Shown piece by piece: positions 41,071 through 49,796 of a stretch of DNA of 64,000 bases. The notes under the pieces were generated by a model, which saw only the letters and a list, made by a program, of their open reading frames with translations, was not told the origin of the DNA and did no database searches. The DNA is from an uncultured delta proteobacterium. GTDB taxonomy: Bacteria; Desulfobacterota; Binatia; Binatales; Binataceae. Where the stretch lies: NCBI GenBank assembly GCA_963794325.1, contig CAWCDG010000004.1, positions 384,001 to 448,000 on the forward strand, in the 5' to 3' direction. The number at the start of each line of letters is the position of its first letter. Within the stretch, counting starts at the first letter, position 1. A program made the translations under genes and the position numbers.

Positions 41071-41748
41071 GTGTTCTTCGCGCCCTTCCTCGCCGTCTAC
41101 GCGATCCTCTTCTTCTTCGTCCTCGCGTTCTTTTTTATCGCGCTCGAAATTCACGTCATCAGCTACGCCTTCGTAACGCTCGGGCTGTCCCCCGAGATGG
41201 CTTTCGCCGCGCTGCTCGCGAGTCTGTTCGGGAGCTACATCAATATTCCGATCACGCGCGTCGCTGGCGGCCCGCCCCATCCGGCCGGGGTCGTGCGCAG
41301 CTTCGGGATTCGCTACCAGGTGCCGACTCGCTACACGACCGACTCGACTATCGTCGCGATAAATGTCGGCGGCGCGATCGTCCCGCTGGTCATCTCGCTG
41401 TATCTGCTGATGCAGATGCCCTCGATAATCGTGCCGGCGATGATCGGTGTCGCGATCGTTACGGCTATCGTCCATCGTTTCGCGATGCCGGTTCCCGGTC
41501 TGGGAATCGCTACGCCGATGCTGATCCCGCCTATCGTCGCAGCGCTATGCGGCTATTTCCTCGGCTCTTCGCAGCACCATCGCGACGCCGTCGCCTTCAT
41601 CAGCGGCGTGATGGGCACACTGATCGGCGCAGATCTGCTCAACCTCCCCAAGCTGCGCGATTTGGGCGCGCCGGTCGCATCAATCGGCGGGGCCGGCACC
41701 TTCGACGGAATCTTCCTGACCGGAATCGTCGCCGTCCTGCTGGCGTGA
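41071..41748 (+). CDS. DUF1614 membrane protein
   Basis: GSYINIPI, AINVGGAIVP, GTLIGADLLNL, SIGGAGTFDGIFLTG. Confidence 0.92.
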   Translation: MFFAPFLAVYAILFFFVLAFFFIALEIHVISYAFVTLGLSPEMAFAALLASLFGSYINIPITRVAGGPPHPAGVVRSFGIRYQVPTRYTTDSTIVAINVGGAIVPLVISLYLLMQMPSIIVPAMIGVAIVTAIVHRFAMPVPGLGIATPMLIPPIVAALCGYFLGSSQHHRDAVAFISGVMGTLIGADLLNLPKLRDLGAPVASIGGAGTFDGIFLTGIVAVLLA

Positions 41749-41785
41749 TCGGCAAATAGGCGACTCTACTAAACAGTTCGGCGCG

Positions 41786-42187
41786 TTACGCAGGCTTGAA
41801 TTTCACGAGCGTATGGTCGGGCGTCACGTCGTCGAAGAAGACCTGGACCGGCATCTCGACGCGTACCTGCTCAGGCGCCGCGACAATATTGGTTGTCATG
41901 CGCGGGCCTTCGGCCAGCTCGACGATCGCCAGTACGTACGGCGCGTCGGCAAACGCGCGGCTCGACGCTCGCCGCACGACTGTATAGCTGTACACTTTGC
42001 CGCGCCCGCTCACGCGCTCCCACGCGAGCTTGTCCGCGAAACATTTCGGGCATCGATCGCGCGGATAGTAGACGTACTCGCGGCACGCGCCGCATCGCTG
42101 AATCGTCAATTCATGACGCCGCGCCGCCTCCCAGAATGGACGGCTGGTTGGCGATGGCTTCGGAAGCGGTTTGTAGTATTCGCTCAT
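41786..42187 (-). CDS. DUF35 Zn-ribbon/OB-fold protein
   Basis: PFWEAAR..LTIQRCGAC..YPRDRCPKC, SGRGKVYSYT, PYVLAIVELAEGPR. Confidence 0.93.
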   Translation of the reverse strand: MSEYYKPLPKPSPTSRPFWEAARRHELTIQRCGACREYVYYPRDRCPKCFADKLAWERVSGRGKVYSYTVVRRASSRAFADAPYVLAIVELAEGPRMTTNIVAAPEQVRVEMPVQVFFDDVTPDHTLVKFKPA

Positions 42188-43341
42188 GATCGTCGCTCCA
42201 GCACGAGACTTGCCTGCTCGCTCATAATCCCGCCGTTGCCGTTGACGTAGCCGAGCGCCGCGTTTTTGACCTGGCGCTCGCCGCCACGTCCCATCAATTG
42301 TCGAATCGCTTCCGTCACGTGACTCATGCCGCCCGCCAGTCCCGGCTGTCCAAACGACAATTGCCCGCCATGCGTGTTGCACGGAAAGTCGCCCGCGTAG
42401 GTCAGGTCGTGCTCCGCGACGAACGGCCCGCCCTGCCCTTTCTTGCAGAAACCCGCATCTTCGAGCGTGACGATCACCGTGATCGTGTAGCAGTCGTACG
42501 GGCACACAATGTCCATGTCCTTCGGTTGCAGCCCCGCCATCTTGAACGCATTCTCGGCCGCCGGCTTGATCGGCGACGTCGTGATCGATGGCGCGTAAGT
42601 GATCGTCGAATGGTTCGCCGCTTCGCCCGCGCCGAGCAGCCATATCGGCGGATTCTTGGAGCGCTTGGCCACCTCGGGCGAGGCGACAATTATCGCAGCG
42701 CCGCCACTCACCGGACTTACGATTTCATACAGATGCAGCGGATCGACGATCATGCGCGAGTTCAGCACGTCGTCGATCGTAATCGCCTTGTCGTTGAAGG
42801 TCGCGAGCGGATTCTTGAGCGCGTTGGTCCGCTGATCGACCGCGACCTTCGCCATCTGCCGCGCCGTGGTTCCGTACTCATGCATATGGCGATGTGCGAT
42901 CATCGCGTAGCCGCAATTCGCGCCAATATTTCCGTAGGGCGCTTCGAACTCGCGCTGCACCGACACGACCGGCGGACGCTGGTCGCCCGCCTTGTTCAAA
43001 TCCGCGACGATACACAACACCGCGTCGCACATTCCCGCGTCGATCGCCGCCGCCGCGCGCCAGATCATGCCGGCCGGACTCGCGCCGCCGATATCAACCT
43101 GGTTCAGCATCCGCACGTTCAGCCCCAGCACTTCGGCCGCGCTGGCCGGGTAAATCATCCCCGGATCGGAAAACGGTACGCCGACCAGGAAGCCGTCGAT
43201 ATCTTTTTTCTCGAGCCCCGCGTCCGCGATCGCCTCGGCCGCGACGCGCGCCATCAGCCCGAGCGCGGTCAGGTCGCCGGGTTCCTTGACCGGTTTGAGT
43301 TCGCCGATTCCAATCGCCGCGGCTTTTCCTTTCAGGCTCAT
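42184..43341 (-). CDS. Thiolase-like (SCP-x type) protein
   Basis: DIDG, GGASPAG, YDCYT, NTHGGQLSFG; paired with DUF35. Confidence 0.92.
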   Translation of the reverse strand: MSLKGKAAAIGIGELKPVKEPGDLTALGLMARVAAEAIADAGLEKKDIDGFLVGVPFSDPGMIYPASAAEVLGLNVRMLNQVDIGGASPAGMIWRAAAAIDAGMCDAVLCIVADLNKAGDQRPPVVSVQREFEAPYGNIGANCGYAMIAHRHMHEYGTTARQMAKVAVDQRTNALKNPLATFNDKAITIDDVLNSRMIVDPLHLYEIVSPVSGGAAIIVASPEVAKRSKNPPIWLLGAGEAANHSTITYAPSITTSPIKPAAENAFKMAGLQPKDMDIVCPYDCYTITVIVTLEDAGFCKKGQGGPFVAEHDLTYAGDFPCNTHGGQLSFGQPGLAGGMSHVTEAIRQLMGRGGERQVKNAALGYVNGNGGIMSEQASLVLERRS

Positions 43342-43472
43342 CGCATCGACTCCCGCGTTTTCATTTTCTCGATTACGACTACCACAAATTGCGCCTCGCC
43401 AGTCTGCCGCGACGCGGTTCTATCGGGTGAAAAAATCTTATAGCTTTGTTCGTTCGAGGTACTTTTAACCAA

Positions 43473-43652
43473 ATGGCATTTATCATCTGTGACGACCACA
43501 ACCTTGATGTCGAAGCCGACGGGGTCGACAACGCCGTCGCCAAGCAACTGATGCTGACCGATTCAAAACCGGACGCGACAGTCGTTGAAAAAGAGATCAT
43601 CGAGTTCGGAAAAACGCATCGCCACTGCAACATCCGAATTCTCGCCGGCTGA
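43473..43652 (+). CDS. Small hypothetical protein (59 aa)
   Basis: MAFIICDDHNLDVE...HRHCNIRILAG, GAGG upstream, coding-like codon usage. Confidence 0.6.
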   Translation: MAFIICDDHNLDVEADGVDNAVAKQLMLTDSKPDATVVEKEIIEFGKTHRHCNIRILAG

Positions 43653-43767
43653 TTTTCAGATTCGCTGCGCGATCTCGAATTCAGATTAGGTCGTCGCTCT
43701 CACACGCCCGCGCGCATTTTACGCATTCGATGTTGACCAGCCGCGCAAGCGGCAGATACACTGCCAA

Positions 43768-43844
43768 AGCGGGGTGGAGCAGTCTGGTAGCTCGCCGGGC
43801 TCATAACCCGGAGGTCGAAGGTTCAAATCCTTCCCCCGCAACCA
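43768..43844 (+). tRNA. tRNA-fMet (CAT), CCA encoded
   Basis: AGCGGGGTGGAGCAGTCTGGTAGCTCGCCGGGCTCATAACCCGGAGGTCGAAGGTTCAAATCCTTCCCCCGCAACCA; three G-C pairs in the anticodon stem and a 1:72 mismatch. Confidence 0.97.
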
Positions 43845-43932
43845 ATCAGCCTTGTTCTTCAGTTCTCGCTCACGAAGAACGTTTCCTCATAACCGCATAT
43901 CCCACCGGCGCCATCAAAGCGGGAGTTCGAAT

Positions 43933-44151
43933 ATGGACAAAATCAAAGTGATTCACGACGCTGTCGGGCGTACGCTGACAGTTTGGTTCGATGAGCATTC
44001 GAAAGAAAGTATCTGCGAAGAAACCACTGATGAAGTGGTATTGGTGAAGAACGCCGAGCGCCAAATCATCGGCTTTGAACTACTGCACTATCATCCTGCC
44101 GCGGATAACGCGTCCGTCGCGGTCGAAGCCATCGTGCGCCTCGAGCCCTAG
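43933..44151 (+). CDS. DUF2283-like small protein
   Basis: MDKIKVIHDAVGRTLTVWF...EETTDEVVLVK..QIIGFELL. Confidence 0.75.
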   Translation: MDKIKVIHDAVGRTLTVWFDEHSKESICEETTDEVVLVKNAERQIIGFELLHYHPAADNASVAVEAIVRLEP

Positions 44152-44269
44152 ACAAATCCCTTAAGAATACTGAGCTATCGATAGATTCCGACTCCCGGAT
44201 CCATCCTCGCTTTGAGCGTACTCGATCTGCTACCATAAGTAGTACCAGCGGTAAGAATTTTGGTGAGAT

Positions 44270-44494
44270 ATGAGTGCAGCAAAACTTTCGGTATCGCTTC
44301 CTGACTCGCTCGCGGGATTCGTCGAGAACTACCGCAAAACGCGTGGTCTGAAGAGTCGATCCCAAGTCTTCGAGGAAGCAATCAAGCTCCTTCGCAACCG
44401 GGAATTGGAAGCTGCGTACCGCGCGGCCAACTCGGAAATCGAGGACGTCTGGGATAGCGCGGTTTCGGATGGACTGTCCGATGAGACGTGGTGA
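44270..44494 (+). CDS. RHH antitoxin (MazE/CopG-like)
   Basis: KLSVSLPD..SRSQV..AIKLLR..LEAAY..WDSAVSDGL; overlaps the toxin gene. Confidence 0.85.
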   Translation: MSAAKLSVSLPDSLAGFVENYRKTRGLKSRSQVFEEAIKLLRNRELEAAYRAANSEIEDVWDSAVSDGLSDETW

Positions 44495-44816
44495 AATTTA
44501 TTTCGCTGATCTGAGTCCCATTATCGGCGCTGAGATCGGTAAACGGCGACCGGTGCTAATCGTCAGCAACGAAGCGAATAATCAAGCGGCCAACACCGTC
44601 ACCGTCCTGCCGATCACGTCTAACACCAGCAGGATCTATCCCTTTGAGATCTCACTGTCTTCCAAGGACAGCGGCCTGCCCAGATCATCGAAAGCTCTCG
44701 CGCAACAAATCCGCACTATCTCAAAGGAACGCATTCTAGGCAGAGCTCTGGGTTCCCTAAATGCCGTTCTGATGCGGAAAGTGGCGGACGCGATGCGTCT
44801 TCATCTCGATCTCTAA
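44481..44816 (+). CDS. mazF: PemK/MazF family toxin
   Basis: MRRGEIYFADLSP..GAEIGKRRPVLIVSN, TVLPITS, SKALAQQIRTISKERI. Confidence 0.95.
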   Translation: MRRGEIYFADLSPIIGAEIGKRRPVLIVSNEANNQAANTVTVLPITSNTSRIYPFEISLSSKDSGLPRSSKALAQQIRTISKERILGRALGSLNAVLMRKVADAMRLHLDL

Positions 44817-44830
44817 ACTACAAAACAAGG

Positions 44831-45490
44831 TCAAATCTGCTTGCCCCACGTGTCGAGATACGCGAGCTGCTCGACTGGGCGACGGATCAGTGGGCCGTGG
44901 CCGCGGCCGACTGGATATCCAATCGGAATCGCGGCGGCGGTGTACCACGGATCGGGTATCGCCAGCAGCTTGCGGACTTCGGGCTCGCATTCGCATAGCA
45001 GCGTCGTCAGCACACAGCCGAGGCCTTCGGCGCGGCATGCGAGCAGCAGGTTCTCGACCGCGGGGTAAACCGATCCGCCGCCGACCACTGAGACGCGTTC
45101 CTGCTTGGCGTCCGTGATCGCCATATTTTTCGGATTAAAGCAGAACACGGCGACCACCGGCGTCTCACCGAAATGCGCGCCGAGGTAGTCGCCCGCCGCC
45201 AGCGTCCGTTCGGCCCGCGCGCGAACTTCGGCCGGCGCGCTGGCCGGAATCGCGCCGCGGTATTGCTTCGAGTACGCGACCCATCGCTCGTTGTAGAGCT
45301 TTCCGAGCGGCTCCTTGAGCGCACGATCTTTCACGGCGACTATCCGCCATGGCTGGACGTTGCCGCCGGTTGGCGCCCAGGTTGCCGCTTCGAGCACGCG
45401 ATGCAGCACGTCGTCGGGTATCGGGTCGGGCCGCAACCGCCTGACGGCGCGCAGCGTGCGCATCGTTTCGTAGATTCCCATTTCCGGCAT
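44831..45490 (-). CDS. Nitroreductase family protein
   Basis: RAVRRLRPDPIPD, APTGGNVQPW, YPAVENLLLACRAEGLG, IPIGYP. Confidence 0.93.
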   Translation of the reverse strand: MPEMGIYETMRTLRAVRRLRPDPIPDDVLHRVLEAATWAPTGGNVQPWRIVAVKDRALKEPLGKLYNERWVAYSKQYRGAIPASAPAEVRARAERTLAAGDYLGAHFGETPVVAVFCFNPKNMAITDAKQERVSVVGGGSVYPAVENLLLACRAEGLGCVLTTLLCECEPEVRKLLAIPDPWYTAAAIPIGYPVGRGHGPLIRRPVEQLAYLDTWGKQI

Positions 45491-45519
45491 TTTCGTTTTC
45501 TCCTTTCGTGCGCGCGCGT

Positions 45520-46341
45520 TCATCCCGCGCCGAGGTGAGAGTGCACCACTCCGATGGCCGCCAAAGCAAACAGCGCGACGTCCATCGACGCATGCGCAAT
45601 AATCGACGCCTCGAGACCGCGCCGCAAATACAAGCGCCCGAACACCACTCCCTCCCACGTCTGCGGCATCACGAGTGCGCCGAGTAGAAATTTCGGCGTG
45701 CTATGGAACATCGTCCCGGCCAGCGGCGCCAGATGAATCAAGCCGAACAGATAACCTTGCACGAGCGTCACAATCCACAGCGCGCGGGGTCCCGGATGGC
45801 CCCGCGAGTCGCGCGACATCAGTCTCGCTAACCATCCAAGGATGGCGTAGAGCACAAATCGAAACTCGATTTCCTCGCTGACCGCGGCCGCGATTGCAAC
45901 CAACGCTCCGACGAATGCGATCCGGCCCGGCGCAACCGTCAGCATCGGCGTGTTCGGCAACTTGAAGCCCGCGCTTCGGTGACTAATCAGCAGGAGCGGC
46001 ACGATCAGAATCGCCAGCACACTCGCGCCCGCGACCGCCGCCAGGAATGCGTAGCCAATTGAAACGCGGAGCAAGCTTCGAATCGAGAAATGTAATTTTT
46101 CTCCCGCGCACTTTGCCGCGATCAACGGCGCGCCGGGCAGTCCGAGCTCGAGGCTGAGTCGAACCGACAACGGCATCAGCGCCGCGCATATCATCGTGAA
46201 CCCGAGGAACGGCAGCGCGTGCACGAGTTCCGATCGGTCGAGCGATTTTAATGCGAACGCGAGCGGGTACTCGACGATCGCGCCGGCTATCGCCAGCCCC
46301 GCCAGCAACATCGACTCGCGCCGCCTCGCCGCGGCAGACAT
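45520..46341 (-). CDS. CPBP/CAAX intramembrane glutamic endopeptidase
   Basis: AAVSEEIEFR, LFGLIH, GLEASIIAH motifs; multiple TMs. Confidence 0.88.
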   Translation of the reverse strand: MSAAARRRESMLLAGLAIAGAIVEYPLAFALKSLDRSELVHALPFLGFTMICAALMPLSVRLSLELGLPGAPLIAAKCAGEKLHFSIRSLLRVSIGYAFLAAVAGASVLAILIVPLLLISHRSAGFKLPNTPMLTVAPGRIAFVGALVAIAAAVSEEIEFRFVLYAILGWLARLMSRDSRGHPGPRALWIVTLVQGYLFGLIHLAPLAGTMFHSTPKFLLGALVMPQTWEGVVFGRLYLRRGLEASIIAHASMDVALFALAAIGVVHSHLGAG

Positions 46342-46388
46342 CACCGGCGGAACCCACGACGGGTCCGGGCTAACTGCCGCCGGCTCGC

Positions 46389-47215
46389 TCACTTGATCGT
46401 CGGGATAAATTCGGGGACGTCCTTCGACGGCTTCATCTTCCACTTGGGCTTGCGCTTCTCGACGAACGCGCTGACGCCCTCGTACGCGTCGGGCTGCTTG
46501 CCCGCCCAGACGAACGCGCGAGTATCTTCTTTCTGCGCTTTCTCCGCCTCCGGTTCCGCGAGCAGGCTGTAGATAAGTCGTTTGGTTATCGCGACCGACA
46601 CCGGCGCGGTATTCTGCGCGATGTCGAGCGCCATCTCGCGCACCTTCGGCATGAACTCCGCGTCGGGCCATACGTGGCTCACGATTCCGAACTCGAGCGC
46701 CTCCCGCGCGCTGATTATCCGCCCGGTCATCAGCAGCTCGTTGGCCTTTGCGACGCCGATCATTCGCGGGACGGTCCACAGGCTGAGCGCCTCCGGCACG
46801 ACGCCGCGACGCACGAAAACGAATCCGATCCGCGCACTCTCGGCGGCGACGCGGATGTCCCACTGCATCGGCAGCGTGATTCCCATCCCGACCGCCGGCC
46901 CGTTGATTGCCGCGATGATCGGCTTGCGGACGTTCCATGGCCGGATCGCCGGCGCCGGACGATTCGCGACGCTCCGCTGCGCGCGTCGGCGTCGAAGGTG
47001 TTGCCGCCGCTCGACAGGTCAGCGCCCGCACTGAACGCGCGCCCGGCACCGGTGACGACGATCACGCGCACGTCGTCGTCCTTGTCGTACTCGGCGAACG
47101 ATGCGTACAGATCGGCGGCCATCGTGCCCGTGAACGCATTCAGTTTCTCGGGACGATTGAGCGTAACAGTCGCGACGCCGTCTTTGACTTCCTTCAATAT
47201 ATGTTCACTGGCCAT
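46389..47215 (-). CDS. Enoyl-CoA hydratase/isomerase family (frameshift about 46980)
   Basis: TLNRPEKLNA..TGAGRAFSAGADL in one frame; KPIIAAINGPAVGMG..DIRVAA..EGVSAFVEKRKP in another. Confidence 0.85.
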
Positions 47216-47262
47216 CTAAGTTGCTCCTTATGGAGAAGGCTAAGTTGATTCTCGCTCTTATT

Positions 47263-47315
47263 ACTGGGTGCGGGGGTCGCCCCTGCCGCGGGCGCGGGGC
47301 GCGAAGCCCCGCATA
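47263..47315 (-). repeat. Family-B variant (inverted)
   Basis: Reverse complement GCGGGGC-TTCGC-GCCCCGC..CCGCGGCAGGGGCGACCCCCGCACCCAGT. Confidence 0.8.
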
Positions 47316-47325
47316 CAAATTCTCC

Positions 47326-48138
47326 CTACTTCTTCGCATCCACATTTAGCGCGTCGGCGAATGCCATCATCTGCGTGATCTGTTCCCGGACCAGTTCGGG
47401 ATTGTTACCTGCAGCCTTGTCCAGGTCGCCGATCTCTTCCGGGACGTACCAATGGAGCTTGTCGGAGTTGTAGGCCTCCCAGACGATCTTCGCGACTTCG
47501 ATCGGATGGATCAGGCGGAACATTCCTTCCTTCGGCGCGCGCTCGGCGGTTCCCGGCGGCAGAATCGCGGTGTCGATCAGGCCCGGCAACGTGTCGGCGG
47601 CGCGCACGCCGTAGCGGCGGAACTCGATCGACAGCGCCTCGGTCAATCCCTTCACCGCATGCTTGGTGGCGGAGTACACGGCGATTCCCGGCATCCCGTA
47701 AGTAGCGGACGAGGAGGACGTGGTGAAACAGAGTGAGTTCGGCGTCGCCTTGAGCAGGCCAATCGCGGAATGAATTCCGTTGAGCACGCCGATAAAGTTC
47801 ACGCGCACGACGCGCAGGATGTCCTCGAACGGCTGCTCATCGAAGAAGCCGCCGACGCCGATGCCGGCGTTGTTATACAGGATATCCATCTTGCCGCCGG
47901 TCGCCGCGCCGAACTCCGCGAGCGCCTTTTCGTAGTCGGGCTTGTCGGTGACATCGAGCCGCCGCACGATGCAGTTGTCGGCGCCCAGTTCCTTTTCGAG
48001 CGCGCGCAGGCCGTCGGCGTTGACGTCGTAGCCGCCGATGAACCATCCCTTGTCGCGGAACAGGCGCGCAGTCTCGCGGCCCATCCCGGACGCAGCGCCG
48101 GTGATAAAGATCGATTTGCGGCCGTTGGCAGTTCCCAT
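47326..48138 (-). CDS. SDR family oxidoreductase
   Basis: ITGAASGMG, NNAG, YSATK. Confidence 0.95.
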   Translation of the reverse strand: MGTANGRKSIFITGAASGMGRETARLFRDKGWFIGGYDVNADGLRALEKELGADNCIVRRLDVTDKPDYEKALAEFGAATGGKMDILYNNAGIGVGGFFDEQPFEDILRVVRVNFIGVLNGIHSAIGLLKATPNSLCFTTSSSSATYGMPGIAVYSATKHAVKGLTEALSIEFRRYGVRAADTLPGLIDTAILPPGTAERAPKEGMFRLIHPIEVAKIVWEAYNSDKLHWYVPEEIGDLDKAAGNNPELVREQITQMMAFADALNVDAKK

Positions 48139-48250
48139 AGAATTCTCCCGTGTCGTTACTTCGGATCGAACATAGTCGAAACGCCAAGCCGCTGGCGAAT
48201 GGTCGCGCGGGAACCCAATCGCCTGCGCGGCGGGCGGCGTCGACACCGTC

Positions 48251-48324
48251 GCGGGGGGGGGACCCCTGCACCCAGTGAGAAAGTGAAAAACGCAAAGTTG
48301 CGCGCGGCGCGCTACTTTGCTCTC
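48251..48324 (+). repeat. Family-B partial (hairpins 2 and 3) immediately upstream of GIY-YIG
   Basis: GACCCCTGCACCCAGT..CGCAAAGT..ACTTTGCTCTC. Confidence 0.75.
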
Positions 48325-48336
48325 AGGGGCGATGAG

Positions 48337-48588
48337 ATGGAGTGCTTCGTTTACGTGCTCGGTAGCTGCGGCCACGACGGATATCGAACCTACGTCGGAT
48401 GGACCAACGACCTGGATCGACGCATCGCGCGTCACAACGCCGGCACAGGCGCCCGGTCAACCCGCGGCCGCGTCTGGTTCCTGTTGTACGCGGAGCGCCA
48501 CGACTCGCGCGAGGCGGCGATGAGTCGCGAGTGGCACCTGAAGAGGAATCGCGCGTTCCGAAAAAGTCTAACCGACCGCGAATTGTGA
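48337..48588 (+). CDS. Small GIY-YIG nuclease (UPF0213-like)
   Basis: FVYVL..TYVGWTNDLDRRIARHNAGTGARSTRGR..AMSREWHLK. Confidence 0.92.
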   Translation: MECFVYVLGSCGHDGYRTYVGWTNDLDRRIARHNAGTGARSTRGRVWFLLYAERHDSREAAMSREWHLKRNRAFRKSLTDREL

Positions 48589-48636
48589 TTGAGGGCCTGT
48601 CTGGCAGGAGCCGAATCTTGAATCGCGCCCTGCATA

Positions 48637-48793
48637 GGACCCTCACCTTCATACTCTCTCTTACAAGGGAGCTTTGCGTAAACAACGCCGGCCGCAGGAG
48701 CGTCCGTCGAGATTCTTCGCTACAGCAGCTTTCGCTCAGAATGACGCAAGGAGGCGTCCTGTTCTTTGTGTCATCCTGAGCGTAGCGAAGGAA
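48637..48793. repeat. Composite cluster: family A (48637-48672, reverse), D (48710-48745, reverse), D (48767-48793)
   Basis: GGACCCTCACCTT..; GATTCTTCGCTACAGCAGCTTTCGCTCAGAATGAC; GTCATCCTGAGCGTAGCGAAGGA. Confidence 0.8.
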
Positions 48794-48836
48794 CTCGCGC
48801 GCTAGCGCGTCTCACCGCAGCACCAACATATGACCT

Positions 48837-49319
48837 CTACTTCCTGAAATCGATTGGCTGCGGGCAGGCGGAGCCGCCGGCGTTGTAGCCGTAGACCATT
48901 TCGCCGCCCAGGTCTGCGCCTGATGCGATTAGTGCCATGACTGCTACCAGGCCGACTAGGAAGACGTAGCGGAATCGCGTTGGCATCGGGCGCGATGCTA
49001 GCGCCCAGATTGTTAGGGCGCCGGTTAGTATCGACGCTGCTACCATCAGGTGCTTGTGATGACTTAGTAGTTCGTGGCGGACTGACTGTGACACCATCAG
49101 GCCGGGGGCGGCGTAGAAGCCACTGGCTAGTGCTACTGCCGCGCTTATTGCGCCTAGCAGCAGCATCCACAGCGCGGTCCACTGCAATCGCTCGCTCGCG
49201 CTGATCCATGCGAGGAAATACAGCAGCGTCGCGCCGTAGATGAACGCGATCGGGAAATGCACTATCAGAGGATGGTAATTCTGTAGCTGCGACGCGCCCG
49301 GCAGGATGCGCTCTAGCAC
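48837..49319 (-). CDS. DUF2231 membrane protein
   Basis: HPLIVHFPIA, ASG, H-rich segment, GADLGGEMVYGY. Confidence 0.88.
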   Translation of the reverse strand: MLERILPGASQLQNYHPLIVHFPIAFIYGATLLYFLAWISASERLQWTALWMLLLGAISAAVALASGFYAAPGLMVSQSVRHELLSHHKHLMVAASILTGALTIWALASRPMPTRFRYVFLVGLVAVMALIASGADLGGEMVYGYNAGGSACPQPIDFRK

Positions 49320-49346
49320 GCTGGTTCCTTGCGCGATGCTGCTACG

Positions 49347-49709
49347 CTACTTCACTGACTCGACGACCAGGTAATCGGTGCCGTTCTTGGTGTATTCCTT
49401 GCCGGTCACGGTTACCTCGTCTTCCATGTGCTGGATAACATCTTGCGGCAGCGGCGACGCATCCTTGTTGGGCAGCAGGATGTAGGACTTATCGGTGCCC
49501 TTTTCGATTAGCGTCACCGGAATTCCCGCGGACGCACACTTGATTGCGCACTGTTTGTGGCCAGCGCCCTTTGCGCCCATCGTGCCGTAGCAGTACGAGT
49601 CTTCGAGATTGCCGGTGACAGATTTCGAGCTGGTGTCGGCGGCGAGTGCCATGCCAGTGAGTCCGATTGCTATGATTAGTCCTAGTCCGAAATTAGCGAG
49701 ACGTTTCAC
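49347..49709 (-). CDS. Secreted OB-fold-like hypothetical protein with Cys/His motif
   Basis: Signal peptide; DSYCY...GHKQCAIKCASAGIP; VTVTGK. Confidence 0.75.
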   Translation of the reverse strand: MKRLANFGLGLIIAIGLTGMALAADTSSKSVTGNLEDSYCYGTMGAKGAGHKQCAIKCASAGIPVTLIEKGTDKSYILLPNKDASPLPQDVIQHMEDEVTVTGKEYTKNGTDYLVVESVK

Positions 49710-49744
49710 GATTCACCTCCAGAGAAGCGAGCGAAGATTGAGCA

Positions 49745-49783
49745 ACCTAACCCCTGACCCCTTCCCATAGTGGGAAGGGGAAC
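49745..49783. repeat. Family-A palindromic repeat
   Basis: ACCTAACCCCTGACCCCTTCCC-ATAGT-GGGAAGGGGAAC, near-identical to 15661-15699. Confidence 0.85.
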
Positions 49784-49796
49784 TAGAGGGAGAGGG

